Assembly: GCA_040390065.1 (NCBI GenBank)
Contig: JAZJZE010000009.1
Span: 346,930 to 410,929 of the forward strand
Direction: 5' to 3'
DNA length: 64,000 bases
From: a bacterium
GTDB lineage: Archaea > Thermoplasmatota > E2 > JACPAO01 > JAHFTW01
In this document: in pieces, positions 46,228-55,048 of the stretch
How positions within the stretch are numbered: position 1 is the stretch's first letter
Layout of the letters: each line of letters opens with the position of its first letter
Program-made: the position numbers and the translations under genes
Notes under the pieces: model-generated
What the model was told of the DNA's origin: nothing
Databases searched by the model: none
The model's input: only the letters and a program-made list of their open reading frames with translations

Positions 46228-47430
46228 TCACGCCTCTTCTGCCTTCGAGCGGCGCGCTCTTGCGCCCAGGCCTGCCAAGAGCACGGCTGCGACGGCCGCG
46301 GGGATTGGCAACGCGGGCGTCCCATTCGAAGCGGCCGGCGCCACCTGCGCTGCTGCCGTGCCGTCCGGGGCCCACGTCAGGTTGTGCAACAGCAACGTCG
46401 TCGCCCCGCCGATGGCCACGGGTTGGCCGTGCGCGTCGGCGTCGATGTCGAGGAACATCCTGTCGTGCCATTTCATGGCGCCCGCCGGACCGGACAGGTG
46501 CACCGCGCACGACGCGGGCAACGTGGAGTACGCGCACGTGGCGTCGCCTGGGATGCCGCGCCCACTCACGTACAAGGTGACGCGCAGGTCGACTGAACCC
46601 GCGGTCGGCTGCGTCGCATTGCCGACACTTGCCAGGCCGATGACGAGGTCTGCCGTTCCGCCGACATGCAAGTCACGCGGCGCATCCCAGTAGTCGCTCA
46701 GGACCTTGCTGGCAAACACTGGAGCCGGCCCGACGGGACACGAAGCGGAGGGCAGCGCAGTGAGGGCGATGGCCAGGCAGCGCTGGGAGCCCTGTCCGAC
46801 GTGGAATTCGATGTCCCCCGATGGGGGCAAAAGCGAGAGCGCGGAGGCCGTCACGTTGGCGCGCACGACAGGGAGCCCCCAGGTGCCGGCCAGTTCGATG
46901 CGCGATGGGTCTGAGCCGCCAAACACCATGGAAGGCGTGAACACGGCGGCGATCGTGGGGAACCGAACGGCGACCGAGGTCTCGAGGAAGGGCACCGCAG
47001 CGCCCGGACCGGCCAAGGCGACGTCGCAGATGTCCGCGACATCGCACAACCGTTTCCCCGTCGCGACGAGGGTCTGGCCATGCGTGACGTCGACCTGGAC
47101 CTCGAAGACGCCGGGATGAAGGAGCGGGGAGAAGCGCAGGAACGCCGTCCCTTGGCCGGTGGCGTTCAGGATGAGGTCCGTGCCGTTGCCATTGAACATG
47201 TGGGGGGGCGCCCCTCCCTGCCCGGCGGCTGCCACGGCGAATCCCTGGCCGCACGAGCCGGAGTCCGCCGCCGGCTCCGCGATAAGGTTGTAGGGGCCGC
47301 AGGCGAAGTTCGCTTGGTCGCCCCGGTCCATGTAGAGCACCAGTTTGTCGCCTTGGGTGACGGCGCCGGCCTGCGGCGTCACGGTTGCCCCGAGAACCAG
47401 GAAGGCCATGACGACCGCCAGCCGCATCAT
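46228..47430 (-). CDS. Secreted surface protein with PGF-CTERM-like anchor
   Basis: Signal peptide AGA; C-terminal TPALPIPAAVAAVLLAGLGARARR. Confidence 0.7.
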   Translation of the reverse strand: MMRLAVVMAFLVLGATVTPQAGAVTQGDKLVLYMDRGDQANFACGPYNLIAEPAADSGSCGQGFAVAAAGQGGAPPHMFNGNGTDLILNATGQGTAFLRFSPLLHPGVFEVQVDVTHGQTLVATGKRLCDVADICDVALAGPGAAVPFLETSVAVRFPTIAAVFTPSMVFGGSDPSRIELAGTWGLPVVRANVTASALSLLPPSGDIEFHVGQGSQRCLAIALTALPSASCPVGPAPVFASKVLSDYWDAPRDLHVGGTADLVIGLASVGNATQPTAGSVDLRVTLYVSGRGIPGDATCAYSTLPASCAVHLSGPAGAMKWHDRMFLDIDADAHGQPVAIGGATTLLLHNLTWAPDGTAAAQVAPAASNGTPALPIPAAVAAVLLAGLGARARRSKAEEA

Positions 47431-49046
47431 GGCGCACCGCCCTTCACGCAGATGTTGCGCGGTTCCGAGAAGAAGTCCAGTGAGTGGCGGCCGCCTTCGC
47501 GCCCGACGCCCGATTCCTTCATGCCCCCAAAGGGCACCCGCAAGTCGCGCACAAGCCAACAGTTGACCCAGACCATGCCGGTGTCGAGAGCCTCGGCAAC
47601 TCGTTTGGCTTTTGCGGCGTCGGTCGTCCAGACGCTGGCGGCTAGACCATACCGCACGTCGTTGGCGAGCCGGACGGCCTCGGCCTCGTCCGCGAAGGCC
47701 TGGATCGTGACGACGGGTCCGAAGATTTCCTCCTGCACGCAGCGCGACGACTGCGCCAGACCGGTCACGATCGTCGGTTCCAGAAACGCCCCGTCCGAGA
47801 ACGGCGTCGGCAACTTGGGGCGGGATCCACCGAGCGGGATTCGTCCGCCGTCTGCCTTTGCGATCGTGATGTAGGCCTCGACCTTGGCGCGGTGCTCCTT
47901 GCTCACAAGGCTGCCGAGGTCCGTCGCCGGGTCCGCCGGGTCGCCGACCTTCATCTGCTGGGTTCGGGCGACGAGGCGCTTCGTGAACTCCTTCTCGGCC
48001 TTCGCCTCGACGAGGATACGCGAGCCGCACAAGCAGATTTGCCCGGTGTTCGTAAACGCGGAACGCACGACGCCTTCGACGGTTGCGTCCATGTCGCAGT
48101 CGGCAAAGACGATGGTCGGATTCTTGCCGCCGAGTTCGAGGCTGACCTTCTTGAGGTGGGGCGCCGCCGATTGCGCGACGCGGCGACCCGTCGCCGTTCC
48201 ACCGGTGAAGGAGATGGCCCGCACCTCAGGATGCTCGACAAGCGCTTGGCCGGCTTCGGGGCCGAGACCGTGGACGACGTTGAAGACGCCGGGCGGCAGA
48301 CCGGCTTCCAGCAGGACCTTGCCGAGAGCGTCGGCCGACAGCGGCGTCAATTCCGAGGGCTTGGCCACGACCGTGTTGCCCATGGCAAGGGCCGGTGCCG
48401 CCTTCCAGGACAGGAGATAGATGGGCAGGTTCCACGGCGTGATGAGCCCAACGACGCCGACGGGGGCGCGCACCGTGTAGTTGAGATGGCCCGGCATCGG
48501 ATGCTCGATGCGGCCTTCAGCGACCGCGAACTCGGCGAAGAAACGCAGATTCGAAATGGCACGCGGAACGTCGAGGCTGCGCGCGAGCTTGACGGGCTTG
48601 CCGGTGTCCCGCGATTCGAGCGACGCGAACTCGTCCATGCGCGACTCGATGAGGTCGGCGGCCTTCGTCAAAATGGCGCAGCGCTTGGCGAGTGGCGTCG
48701 CGGACCAAGCGGGGAGTGCGGTTTTCGCGGCAGCAACGGCTGCGGCGACGTCGGACGTGCCACTGCGAGGGATGGTGGCGATTTCCTTGCTCGTGGCGGG
48801 ATTGATGACGGAGATTGTGCGGCCGTCGGCTGCGGGTCTTGATGTGCCGGCGATGAGGTTGCCGACGTCGACGACCGCCCCATCAACAGATGCAGCAGGT
48901 GCCGACCGGAACGAAGCGGTGGAATCGGTTGTATCCGTTGCATCGGTTGACCGTTGGGCGTCGCGCCTGGCGAACCCGTACGCGCGCGCCAAGTCCCTCT
49001 GGGCGACCTTGCGGTCCTTCTCGAGCCAATCGAAGCCGTCGGTCAT
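47427..49046 (-). CDS. amnC: Aldehyde dehydrogenase (2-aminomuconate 6-semialdehyde dehydrogenase-like)
   Basis: ITPWNLPIYLLSWK, FTGGTATG, LELGGKNP, GQICLCGSR, EEIFGPV, WVNCWLVRDLRVPFGG. Confidence 0.88.
   Translation of the reverse strand: MTDGFDWLEKDRKVAQRDLARAYGFARRDAQRSTDATDTTDSTASFRSAPAASVDGAVVDVGNLIAGTSRPAADGRTISVINPATSKEIATIPRSGTSDVAAAVAAAKTALPAWSATPLAKRCAILTKAADLIESRMDEFASLESRDTGKPVKLARSLDVPRAISNLRFFAEFAVAEGRIEHPMPGHLNYTVRAPVGVVGLITPWNLPIYLLSWKAAPALAMGNTVVAKPSELTPLSADALGKVLLEAGLPPGVFNVVHGLGPEAGQALVEHPEVRAISFTGGTATGRRVAQSAAPHLKKVSLELGGKNPTIVFADCDMDATVEGVVRSAFTNTGQICLCGSRILVEAKAEKEFTKRLVARTQQMKVGDPADPATDLGSLVSKEHRAKVEAYITIAKADGGRIPLGGSRPKLPTPFSDGAFLEPTIVTGLAQSSRCVQEEIFGPVVTIQAFADEAEAVRLANDVRYGLAASVWTTDAAKAKRVAEALDTGMVWVNCWLVRDLRVPFGGMKESGVGREGGRHSLDFFSEPRNICVKGGAP
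48883..48951. repeat. 9-mer palindromic element (copy D) in ALDH N-terminal extension
   Basis: TCAACAGAT-GCAGCAGGT-..-ATCGGTTGT-ATCCGTTGC-ATCGGTTGAC. Confidence 0.75.
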
Positions 49047-49819
49047 GTGGGGCCTGCCGCAGGAGCCGAGCCAGCAGGGAAACTGAGGAAGAACTCGGCG
49101 AAGAAAATGAGGACGGCAAGACCGCCGGCGACGAGAGCAATCCAGTTTCGCGCGTGGTAGGAACCACCCTGCAGGCGCATTGTTGCCTCGGCGACGCCCC
49201 ACACGCCGCCGAAGGCCGACAGGAGCCAGGCGATGGCAACCGGTACGACCAACCAGGTGGGCGGGGCGTTTGGCAAGGCCGGCGCAAGAGCCGCCAGCAC
49301 GGTGGTGGCAAGGGCCGCAAAGGCAACGCCCACAAGCCACGCTGCCACGGGCTCCGGCACGGGCGCCGTCACGGATGGGGCTGGCCTCCGCCGGCGGGCG
49401 CGACCTCCCGACCACCAAAGTACCGCGGCCCCTGCGCCGAACCCCAGGCCGAAGGCGACGGGGAATTCCACGGCGTCCGCCCTGGGCCGGCCACGTGCGG
49501 CAACGACGATGAGGACCGTGAAGAGCAGGCCGACGCAAGCGACGACGATGGCCGCAATCTGTAGGCCATGAAGGGGGCCGGTGCCCTTGGGCAGTGGGGG
49601 CGACCGCTCGACCATTACGCGGTTGACGACGGGCCGAGGTTTGGCCGTTGCCGCAAGACGCCAACACACTGCGGCGAGGCCGAGGAAAATGACCTCCATG
49701 GCGAGGGCGTCGAGCCAACGGTTCGTGGCGGTCGGGCGGACAAGAGCCTCATACGCGGCCAGTTGAGCCAGGGCGACGAAGGCGACGGCCACGATTCTCC
49801 AGGTTCTTGCCGGCGACAT
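49043..49819 (-). CDS. Multi-pass membrane protein inside operon
   Basis: About seven hydrophobic segments; coupled start/stop with both neighbours. Confidence 0.65.
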   Translation of the reverse strand: MSPARTWRIVAVAFVALAQLAAYEALVRPTATNRWLDALAMEVIFLGLAAVCWRLAATAKPRPVVNRVMVERSPPLPKGTGPLHGLQIAAIVVACVGLLFTVLIVVAARGRPRADAVEFPVAFGLGFGAGAAVLWWSGGRARRRRPAPSVTAPVPEPVAAWLVGVAFAALATTVLAALAPALPNAPPTWLVVPVAIAWLLSAFGGVWGVAEATMRLQGGSYHARNWIALVAGGLAVLIFFAEFFLSFPAGSAPAAGPT

Positions 49820-51069
49820 CACGGCCCCCACCCCGGCGCCGGCCATTCGGGTGCCCACTCGTTCCAGTCGTAGTACCAGCGGTCGTCGTTGGGGTCCCAG
49901 TCGTCCCACGTCGGAATCGCTTCCAACTTCTTGGCGTACTTGGTCGGCACGATGCCGGGGACGAGGAACGCCTTCTGCCGGTTCAATTTATAGGGATTCC
50001 TCAATTCAAATCCGAGGACGCCGAGGATGGCCCGTGCGACGTACCAAGTGGCCCTCGGGTTCCAGCCGTGCGCGATCTTGACGACGACGCCGAGGCCGTC
50101 GGGGTAATCGGGGTGCACGATGGACAATCCGAGGAGGCCGTCCGCGCCTTCCTTCGCGATGACCTTGCCCTTGCAGGCCTTCAGAATCGTGGAGTCGAGG
50201 CGGTTGAAGCCGCCGACGAGGTCGGGATTCTTCGTCATGGCCTCCCAGATCCAGTCCTCGTCGCGTTCCTGGGCGAGGCGGGCATAGAGGAGGGCGAGTT
50301 CGTTGACCGTGTTCGACGCGGTCGGCAATCCGCAGCCGTCGCGGGCGACGCGGGCTGGCTGCCAATCCTTGCCGAGGAAGCGGCGCACTTCGTCGAGGTA
50401 GGCCTGGAACCACGGGTGCTGCGGCAGGAGGTAGCCGATGCGCGGCCAGCCCTTCTCTTTGCAACCCCGAATCAATGCGGCGTGCTCGCCGGAACACGTG
50501 TGATACCAACGCCGGGGCCGGCGAACCTGTCGTCCGAACTGGACGAGCGGGACATCCAGGGGGGCTTGCATGAGGCCCCACTCCGTCGGCATGAGGATGC
50601 TCTGCGCCGCCGCGACGTGCTCGGTGTCGCCGTTGTGGCTGCTGCACGAGATGGCCTTCTGCTCCCACGACAGCCCCGCGAGTTCCTTGGCGAAGACCTT
50701 CATGACGAGCGGCTTCATCATCGAGCGCCCATAGCACAGGACGTTGCCGCCGAAGGAATGGATGATTTTTCCCGGTTTTCCGTCCTTGCCCCCAACGGCC
50801 CACGCCACGGCGCCGTGGATTGTTGTTTCCGACACGCCGTATCTTCGGTAGTCGACGAGCGGCTCCCATTCCACGTCTCTGCCGGTTGGGATGCCTTTGA
50901 CTTGTTCTCCCAGCGGCGACGTCGGATACATTTCGCGGCCGGGGCCGGTTTGGAGATGGGACTTTTGGGGCTGGCCGTTTTTCGGCGCCGAACGAACCAC
51001 TGAACGCACTGAACGTCGCGTCTGGTTCAGTGAGCTCAGTGGCTTCAGTGGCTTGGTTTGGCGGGTCAT
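49819..51069 (-). CDS. L-asparaginase II (Rhizobium AnsA-type) family amidohydrolase, variant
   Basis: RSMMKP, SSHNG, TCSGEH, DGCGLP, AKEGADG. Confidence 0.8.
   Translation of the reverse strand: MTRQTKPLKPLSSLNQTRRSVRSVVRSAPKNGQPQKSHLQTGPGREMYPTSPLGEQVKGIPTGRDVEWEPLVDYRRYGVSETTIHGAVAWAVGGKDGKPGKIIHSFGGNVLCYGRSMMKPLVMKVFAKELAGLSWEQKAISCSSHNGDTEHVAAAQSILMPTEWGLMQAPLDVPLVQFGRQVRRPRRWYHTCSGEHAALIRGCKEKGWPRIGYLLPQHPWFQAYLDEVRRFLGKDWQPARVARDGCGLPTASNTVNELALLYARLAQERDEDWIWEAMTKNPDLVGGFNRLDSTILKACKGKVIAKEGADGLLGLSIVHPDYPDGLGVVVKIAHGWNPRATWYVARAILGVLGFELRNPYKLNRQKAFLVPGIVPTKYAKKLEAIPTWDDWDPNDDRWYYDWNEWAPEWPAPGWGP
50987..51069 (-). repeat. N-terminal hairpin cassette (copy G)
   Basis: Tandem CACTGA 9-mers versus TTCAGTG 9-mers; includes the start codon. 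Confidence 0.8.
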
Positions 51070-52382
51070 GCCGGCTCCGTCCTTGCTGCCACTGTCGGCC
51101 GCACCTTCTCCATGAACGCCTCCATGTTCCGTACAACCCGCGCGGAATCATGGTTGAAGAAATCGAACCACAGCATCAACCGGTCCTCAGGATGATACCG
51201 TGCGCGAATCTGCTCGGCGACCTGCGCCGCCGTCCCAATCACGGCGTTGTCGGCAGCCGTCTCCGTCTTCTTCGGGTCCAGCGTTCCCTCCAAAGCGGTC
51301 CAGTACGCATGCAGCGCCTTCTTCGCCTCCGTCTGCGCCGCCGCTGTCCGCCGCGCCGGAGTCAAGCCGGGCTCCTCGTTGATGAAAACGAGCACCGTGC
51401 GCGGCATGTAGCTGCGCTTCCATTTGCCGCCATCCTTGTGGAACGCCTTGGCCATGCGTTCGTGCGTCGCGTCGATGACGGGTGTTGGCGTGATGCTCAG
51501 GTTCGCGACGTGCGCGGGCAGGAAACGGTTCACGAGTTCGTGCACGGCGGGGTCGTGGCTGCCGACGACGAGCTGCAGAAGGTCGCGGCGGAATTCCTGG
51601 GGGACAATCTTGAGGTGCTCGAAGACGAAGCGCTTCGGCAGAGTGATTTCGGGGTTCGCCGACGCTGGCTTTTCAACAGATGAAACAGAAACAACAGATG
51701 AAGTGCCTGACATCTGTTCCATCTGTTCAATCTGTTGACCCGTCGTCTGGGCGGCGGCCAGGGCCTTCTGCCAATCCTCCTCGGACCGGAAATCCTTCCG
51801 CGTCACCTTGCGAAGGGGAATGTCCGCGCCGCAAATCGTTTCGCCCGCAAGCAGTCGAGCGAAGATCTCGGCCGCTTCGTCGAAGACCTTGCCTTTCCAC
51901 AGCCCAAACGGCAACGCCTTCTCGAGTGGCGTTTGCGGGTCGATGCCGTAGGCGCGGTTCTGGAAGTCGAAGCGGCCTGCGCTGAAGCCGACGTGCAGAC
52001 GGCGGCGTTCGTTCGGGTCCAACCCGTGCAGGCTGAGGAAGTAGGCAATGCGCTCGGCGTGGGCGACGGGGCCACCAGACTGCAGGAGGTTGAGGACCGC
52101 GGAGCCGACGTCGATGCGTTTGGTGCGCCGAAAGACTTCGTGCGCGGTCTGCATGATGTCGACGTTGAGCCCGACTTCGCCCTGCCAATGCGGCACGACG
52201 GGCTTGCGGTTGCGCTTCTGCACTTCCGTGGAAAGGTGCGCCTCGGCGACCCAGGCGACGCCGAAGCCCAAGCGGTCGGCGGCCTCGACTTGTTGGAAGA
52301 AGTGCGCAAGCATGGTGCGCTCGTCCGGCGTCACGCCGTCGACGGGCGTTTGCGAGATGGAGAAGAAGACGTCGAACTCCAT
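51066..52382 (-). CDS. LLM-class flavin-dependent oxidoreductase
   Basis: EAADRLGFGVAWVAEAHLS, IDVGSAV, ERIA, RLHVGFSAG, FMEKVRP. Confidence 0.9.
   Translation of the reverse strand: MEFDVFFSISQTPVDGVTPDERTMLAHFFQQVEAADRLGFGVAWVAEAHLSTEVQKRNRKPVVPHWQGEVGLNVDIMQTAHEVFRRTKRIDVGSAVLNLLQSGGPVAHAERIAYFLSLHGLDPNERRRLHVGFSAGRFDFQNRAYGIDPQTPLEKALPFGLWKGKVFDEAAEIFARLLAGETICGADIPLRKVTRKDFRSEEDWQKALAAAQTTGQQIEQMEQMSGTSSVVSVSSVEKPASANPEITLPKRFVFEHLKIVPQEFRRDLLQLVVGSHDPAVHELVNRFLPAHVANLSITPTPVIDATHERMAKAFHKDGGKWKRSYMPRTVLVFINEEPGLTPARRTAAAQTEAKKALHAYWTALEGTLDPKKTETAADNAVIGTAAQVAEQIRARYHPEDRLMLWFDFFNHDSARVVRNMEAFMEKVRPTVAARTEPA
51673..51739. repeat. 9-mer palindromic element (copy C) inside LLM gene
   Basis: TCAACAGAT-GAAACAGAA-ACAACAGAT-12 nt-ATCTGTTCC-ATCTGTTCA-ATCTGTTGAC. 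Confidence 0.9.
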
Positions 52383-52482
52383 GGCGCGGCGCCTTCCCAT
52401 TCCGGCCGTTATCTCAAGGTTTCCCCCCGGGCCTTGCCGCGACGGGGCCCCTTGAGTAGGGCAACGGCGCAGAGATGGACCC

Positions 52483-53196
52483 ATGACGCTTGAGGATGCC
52501 CAGGCCACGGAAGCCAAGGCCAACCAGCCGACCTCGGGCAAGCCAGCGCCCGCCAAGCCCGCCGCTCCGGCAGGCAGCCAACCTACTGCCGCTCCCGCGC
52601 CAGACACACCGGCCGAACAGCCCGCCACCGCCGTTCGGCCGACGCCGCCGACAGCGCCAGCCGCAGCGCCGCCAGCCGCCTCGGCTCGACCACCCCGACC
52701 CCCCGCAGCAGGCCGTAGCCGACCGCCCGGCGAGGTGGGAGGCCACACAGTGCAGCCGTGGGAGCAAGGGGACGCCAACCCCGCCCCGGCAAGCGGCACA
52801 AGCCGCGCGACCCCGCCCCCGAGCCCAGGCGCGCCCGAAGCGGCCGCCACCCAACCACAACCGACGCCCGCCACGCCCGCCGCACCTGCAGTCAAACCGG
52901 TCGCCAAGGCATCGACGACGCCGAAGCCGGCCCCTAACGCCTCACCAGCAACGGTAACTCCTGACAAGGCCCAACTCATCGAGGCCCTGACAAAGACGTT
53001 GGCCGACATGCTCGCGCGGGCGCTGCGCCAAAGCATCAGCGACGCCGTCGATGCCGCAGCGGCCGCGCCGGCCGCCCCTGCCAGGTCTACCGCCGCGGCG
53101 CCCGCCCCCGCAAAACCTGCGCCCGTCGCCGCGCCGAAGCCAACCCCGCCCGCAGACGAAGGACAAGGCGCTCCATCGCCCCCTCCAGCCGCTTGA
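52483..53196 (+). CDS. Pro/Ala-rich low-complexity protein
   Basis: Disordered P/A/T-rich sequence with one amphipathic helix (QLIEALTKTLADMLARALRQSI). Confidence 0.6.
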   Translation: MTLEDAQATEAKANQPTSGKPAPAKPAAPAGSQPTAAPAPDTPAEQPATAVRPTPPTAPAAAPPAASARPPRPPAAGRSRPPGEVGGHTVQPWEQGDANPAPASGTSRATPPPSPGAPEAAATQPQPTPATPAAPAVKPVAKASTTPKPAPNASPATVTPDKAQLIEALTKTLADMLARALRQSISDAVDAAAAAPAAPARSTAAAPAPAKPAPVAAPKPTPPADEGQGAPSPPPAA

Positions 53197-53240
53197 CCCG
53201 GTCGTAAAACCCCTTAAGCGGGCCCCCCGTCGCCAGCAGC

Positions 53241-54560
53241 ATGACCGGGATGACGCTCCCGCAGAAGATCCTGGCCCTCAAGTCCGGCAACATGGCCGTG
53301 ACGGTCGGCGAGGTCGTCGACTGCAAGGTCGACGTCGCCATGGCGCACGAGGCCCTCGCACAACTCGTGAAGCCGTTCAAGGAGATGGGCGCCACCAAGG
53401 TCTGGGACCCGAACCGCATCGTCGTCCCCATCGACCACTGGATCCCCGCCTCCTCCGAATCGTCGGCGAAGATGCACCAGAGCATCCGCAAGTTCGTCGA
53501 CGAGTACAAGCTGCCGCACCTGTATGACATCGGCCGCCAGGGCATCTGTCACCAGATCCTCGCCGAGGAGGGCTTCTGCCTGCCGGGCGACCTCGTCGTC
53601 GGGACCGACTCGCACACGAACATGGCCGGCGCCCTCGGCTGCTTCGCCAGCGGCATCGGGCCGACCGAGATGGCCGCCGTCTTCGCCACGGGCGAACTCT
53701 GGATGCGCGTGCCGCCCACCATCAAGATCGAACTCACCGGCGAACTCACCGAGCCCGTCGCAAGCAAGGACGTCGTGCTCAGCCTCATCGGCAAGATGGG
53801 CGACGACGGCGCCCGCTACCAAGCGGTACAGTTCCAGGGCCCCGCCATCGACGCGATGCCCATGTACCAGCGCCTCACACTCACCAACATGACGACGGAG
53901 ATGGGCGCCAAGGCCGGCGTCATCGCCTGCGACGACGAGACGCTCGACTACCTGGACGCGACGCCCATGGCCAGCGGCCGCCGCAGAGAAATCCGCAACC
54001 ACTCCGGCCTACGCGCCGACAAGGACGCCACGTACGCCAAGACCTACACCTTGGATTGCGGCACGCTCGAACCCGTCGTCGCCTGCCCGCAAAGCCCGGA
54101 GAACGTCAAGCCCGTCCGCGACGTCAACGTCCCCAAGGTGGACCAAGTCTTCATCGGCTCCTGCACCAACGCCCGCTACGAAGACCTCGAAACGGTCGCC
54201 GCCATCCTCAAGGGCAACCACGTCAAACGCGGAACACGCCTCGTCGTCTTCCCCGCCAGCACCAGCATCTACCTCCGAGCCCTTGAATCCGGAATCATCA
54301 AGACCATCACGGAAGCCGGCGGCATCTTCAACCCCAGCTCCTGCGGCGCCTGCTTCGGCGGCATGGGCGGCGTCCTGGCCGAGAAAGAAGTCTGCGTCTC
54401 CACCTCGAACAGAAATTACAAGGGACGCATGGGACACCCCGAATCCATGTCGTACCTCGTGAGCCCCGCGACGGCCGCAGTGACCGCGCTCGAAGGCAAA
54501 CTCACAGACCCGCGCGAGTACTATTCCGACGGAGAATTGAGGAAGAAGGTCGCAGCGTGA
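53241..54560 (+). CDS. leuC: 3-isopropylmalate dehydratase/homoaconitase large subunit
   Basis: DHW, GICHQ, GTDSHT, FIGSCTNAR, CGACFG, STSNRNYKGRMG. Confidence 0.93.
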   Translation: MTGMTLPQKILALKSGNMAVTVGEVVDCKVDVAMAHEALAQLVKPFKEMGATKVWDPNRIVVPIDHWIPASSESSAKMHQSIRKFVDEYKLPHLYDIGRQGICHQILAEEGFCLPGDLVVGTDSHTNMAGALGCFASGIGPTEMAAVFATGELWMRVPPTIKIELTGELTEPVASKDVVLSLIGKMGDDGARYQAVQFQGPAIDAMPMYQRLTLTNMTTEMGAKAGVIACDDETLDYLDATPMASGRRREIRNHSGLRADKDATYAKTYTLDCGTLEPVVACPQSPENVKPVRDVNVPKVDQVFIGSCTNARYEDLETVAAILKGNHVKRGTRLVVFPASTSIYLRALESGIIKTITEAGGIFNPSSCGACFGGMGGVLAEKEVCVSTSNRNYKGRMGHPESMSYLVSPATAAVTALEGKLTDPREYYSDGELRKKVAA

Positions 54561-55048
54561 AACGCCAGGACCCGGGCGAAGCCCGCGCGCCGGCCACCAG
54601 GGGACCCGCCGAGAAACACCTGCGCAAGACCACATCCGCGCTTGCCCTTGGAGCGATCTTGACCGCCCTTGGGACCTTTCTTGGCGTGTTCATCGCCCAC
54701 AATGCGTACACCTATTCCCTTGAGACTCACGAACTTGAAGGCATCGCCGCCGTGATACTCTTCACCGCAATCGGCGCCATCGCGGCCTTCCTGCTGCTGG
54801 CCGGCGTTCTCATGCTGGCCTTTGCGGGGGCTCGCCAAAGGTCGCGCCCCGAACGCCGCACCGCTGAAGCACTCGTGGCGGCCTCGGGTTGCACCTGGAC
54901 GTGGTGCGGGGCCACGCCCTGGCCCTACCACATCCCATCGACCATCGGCCTGGCGGTGGGCGTCGCACTGATGGTCGCGGCGGCCGCGATGTTCGTCGTT
55001 GCGGAACCGGCCGTTTTGACGGCACGGCTGGGAACACGCCCTCAATAA
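54557..55048 (+). CDS. Membrane protein
   Basis: Three hydrophobic helices; GTGA-coupled to leuC. Confidence 0.6.
   Translation: MKRQDPGEARAPATRGPAEKHLRKTTSALALGAILTALGTFLGVFIAHNAYTYSLETHELEGIAAVILFTAIGAIAAFLLLAGVLMLAFAGARQRSRPERRTAEALVAASGCTWTWCGATPWPYHIPSTIGLAVGVALMVAAAAMFVVAEPAVLTARLGTRPQ

Noticed and set aside
9203-51739. CRISPR array interpretation of the 9-mer repeats
   Set aside because: No regularly spaced 25-40-nt repeats with unique spacers; no cas genes
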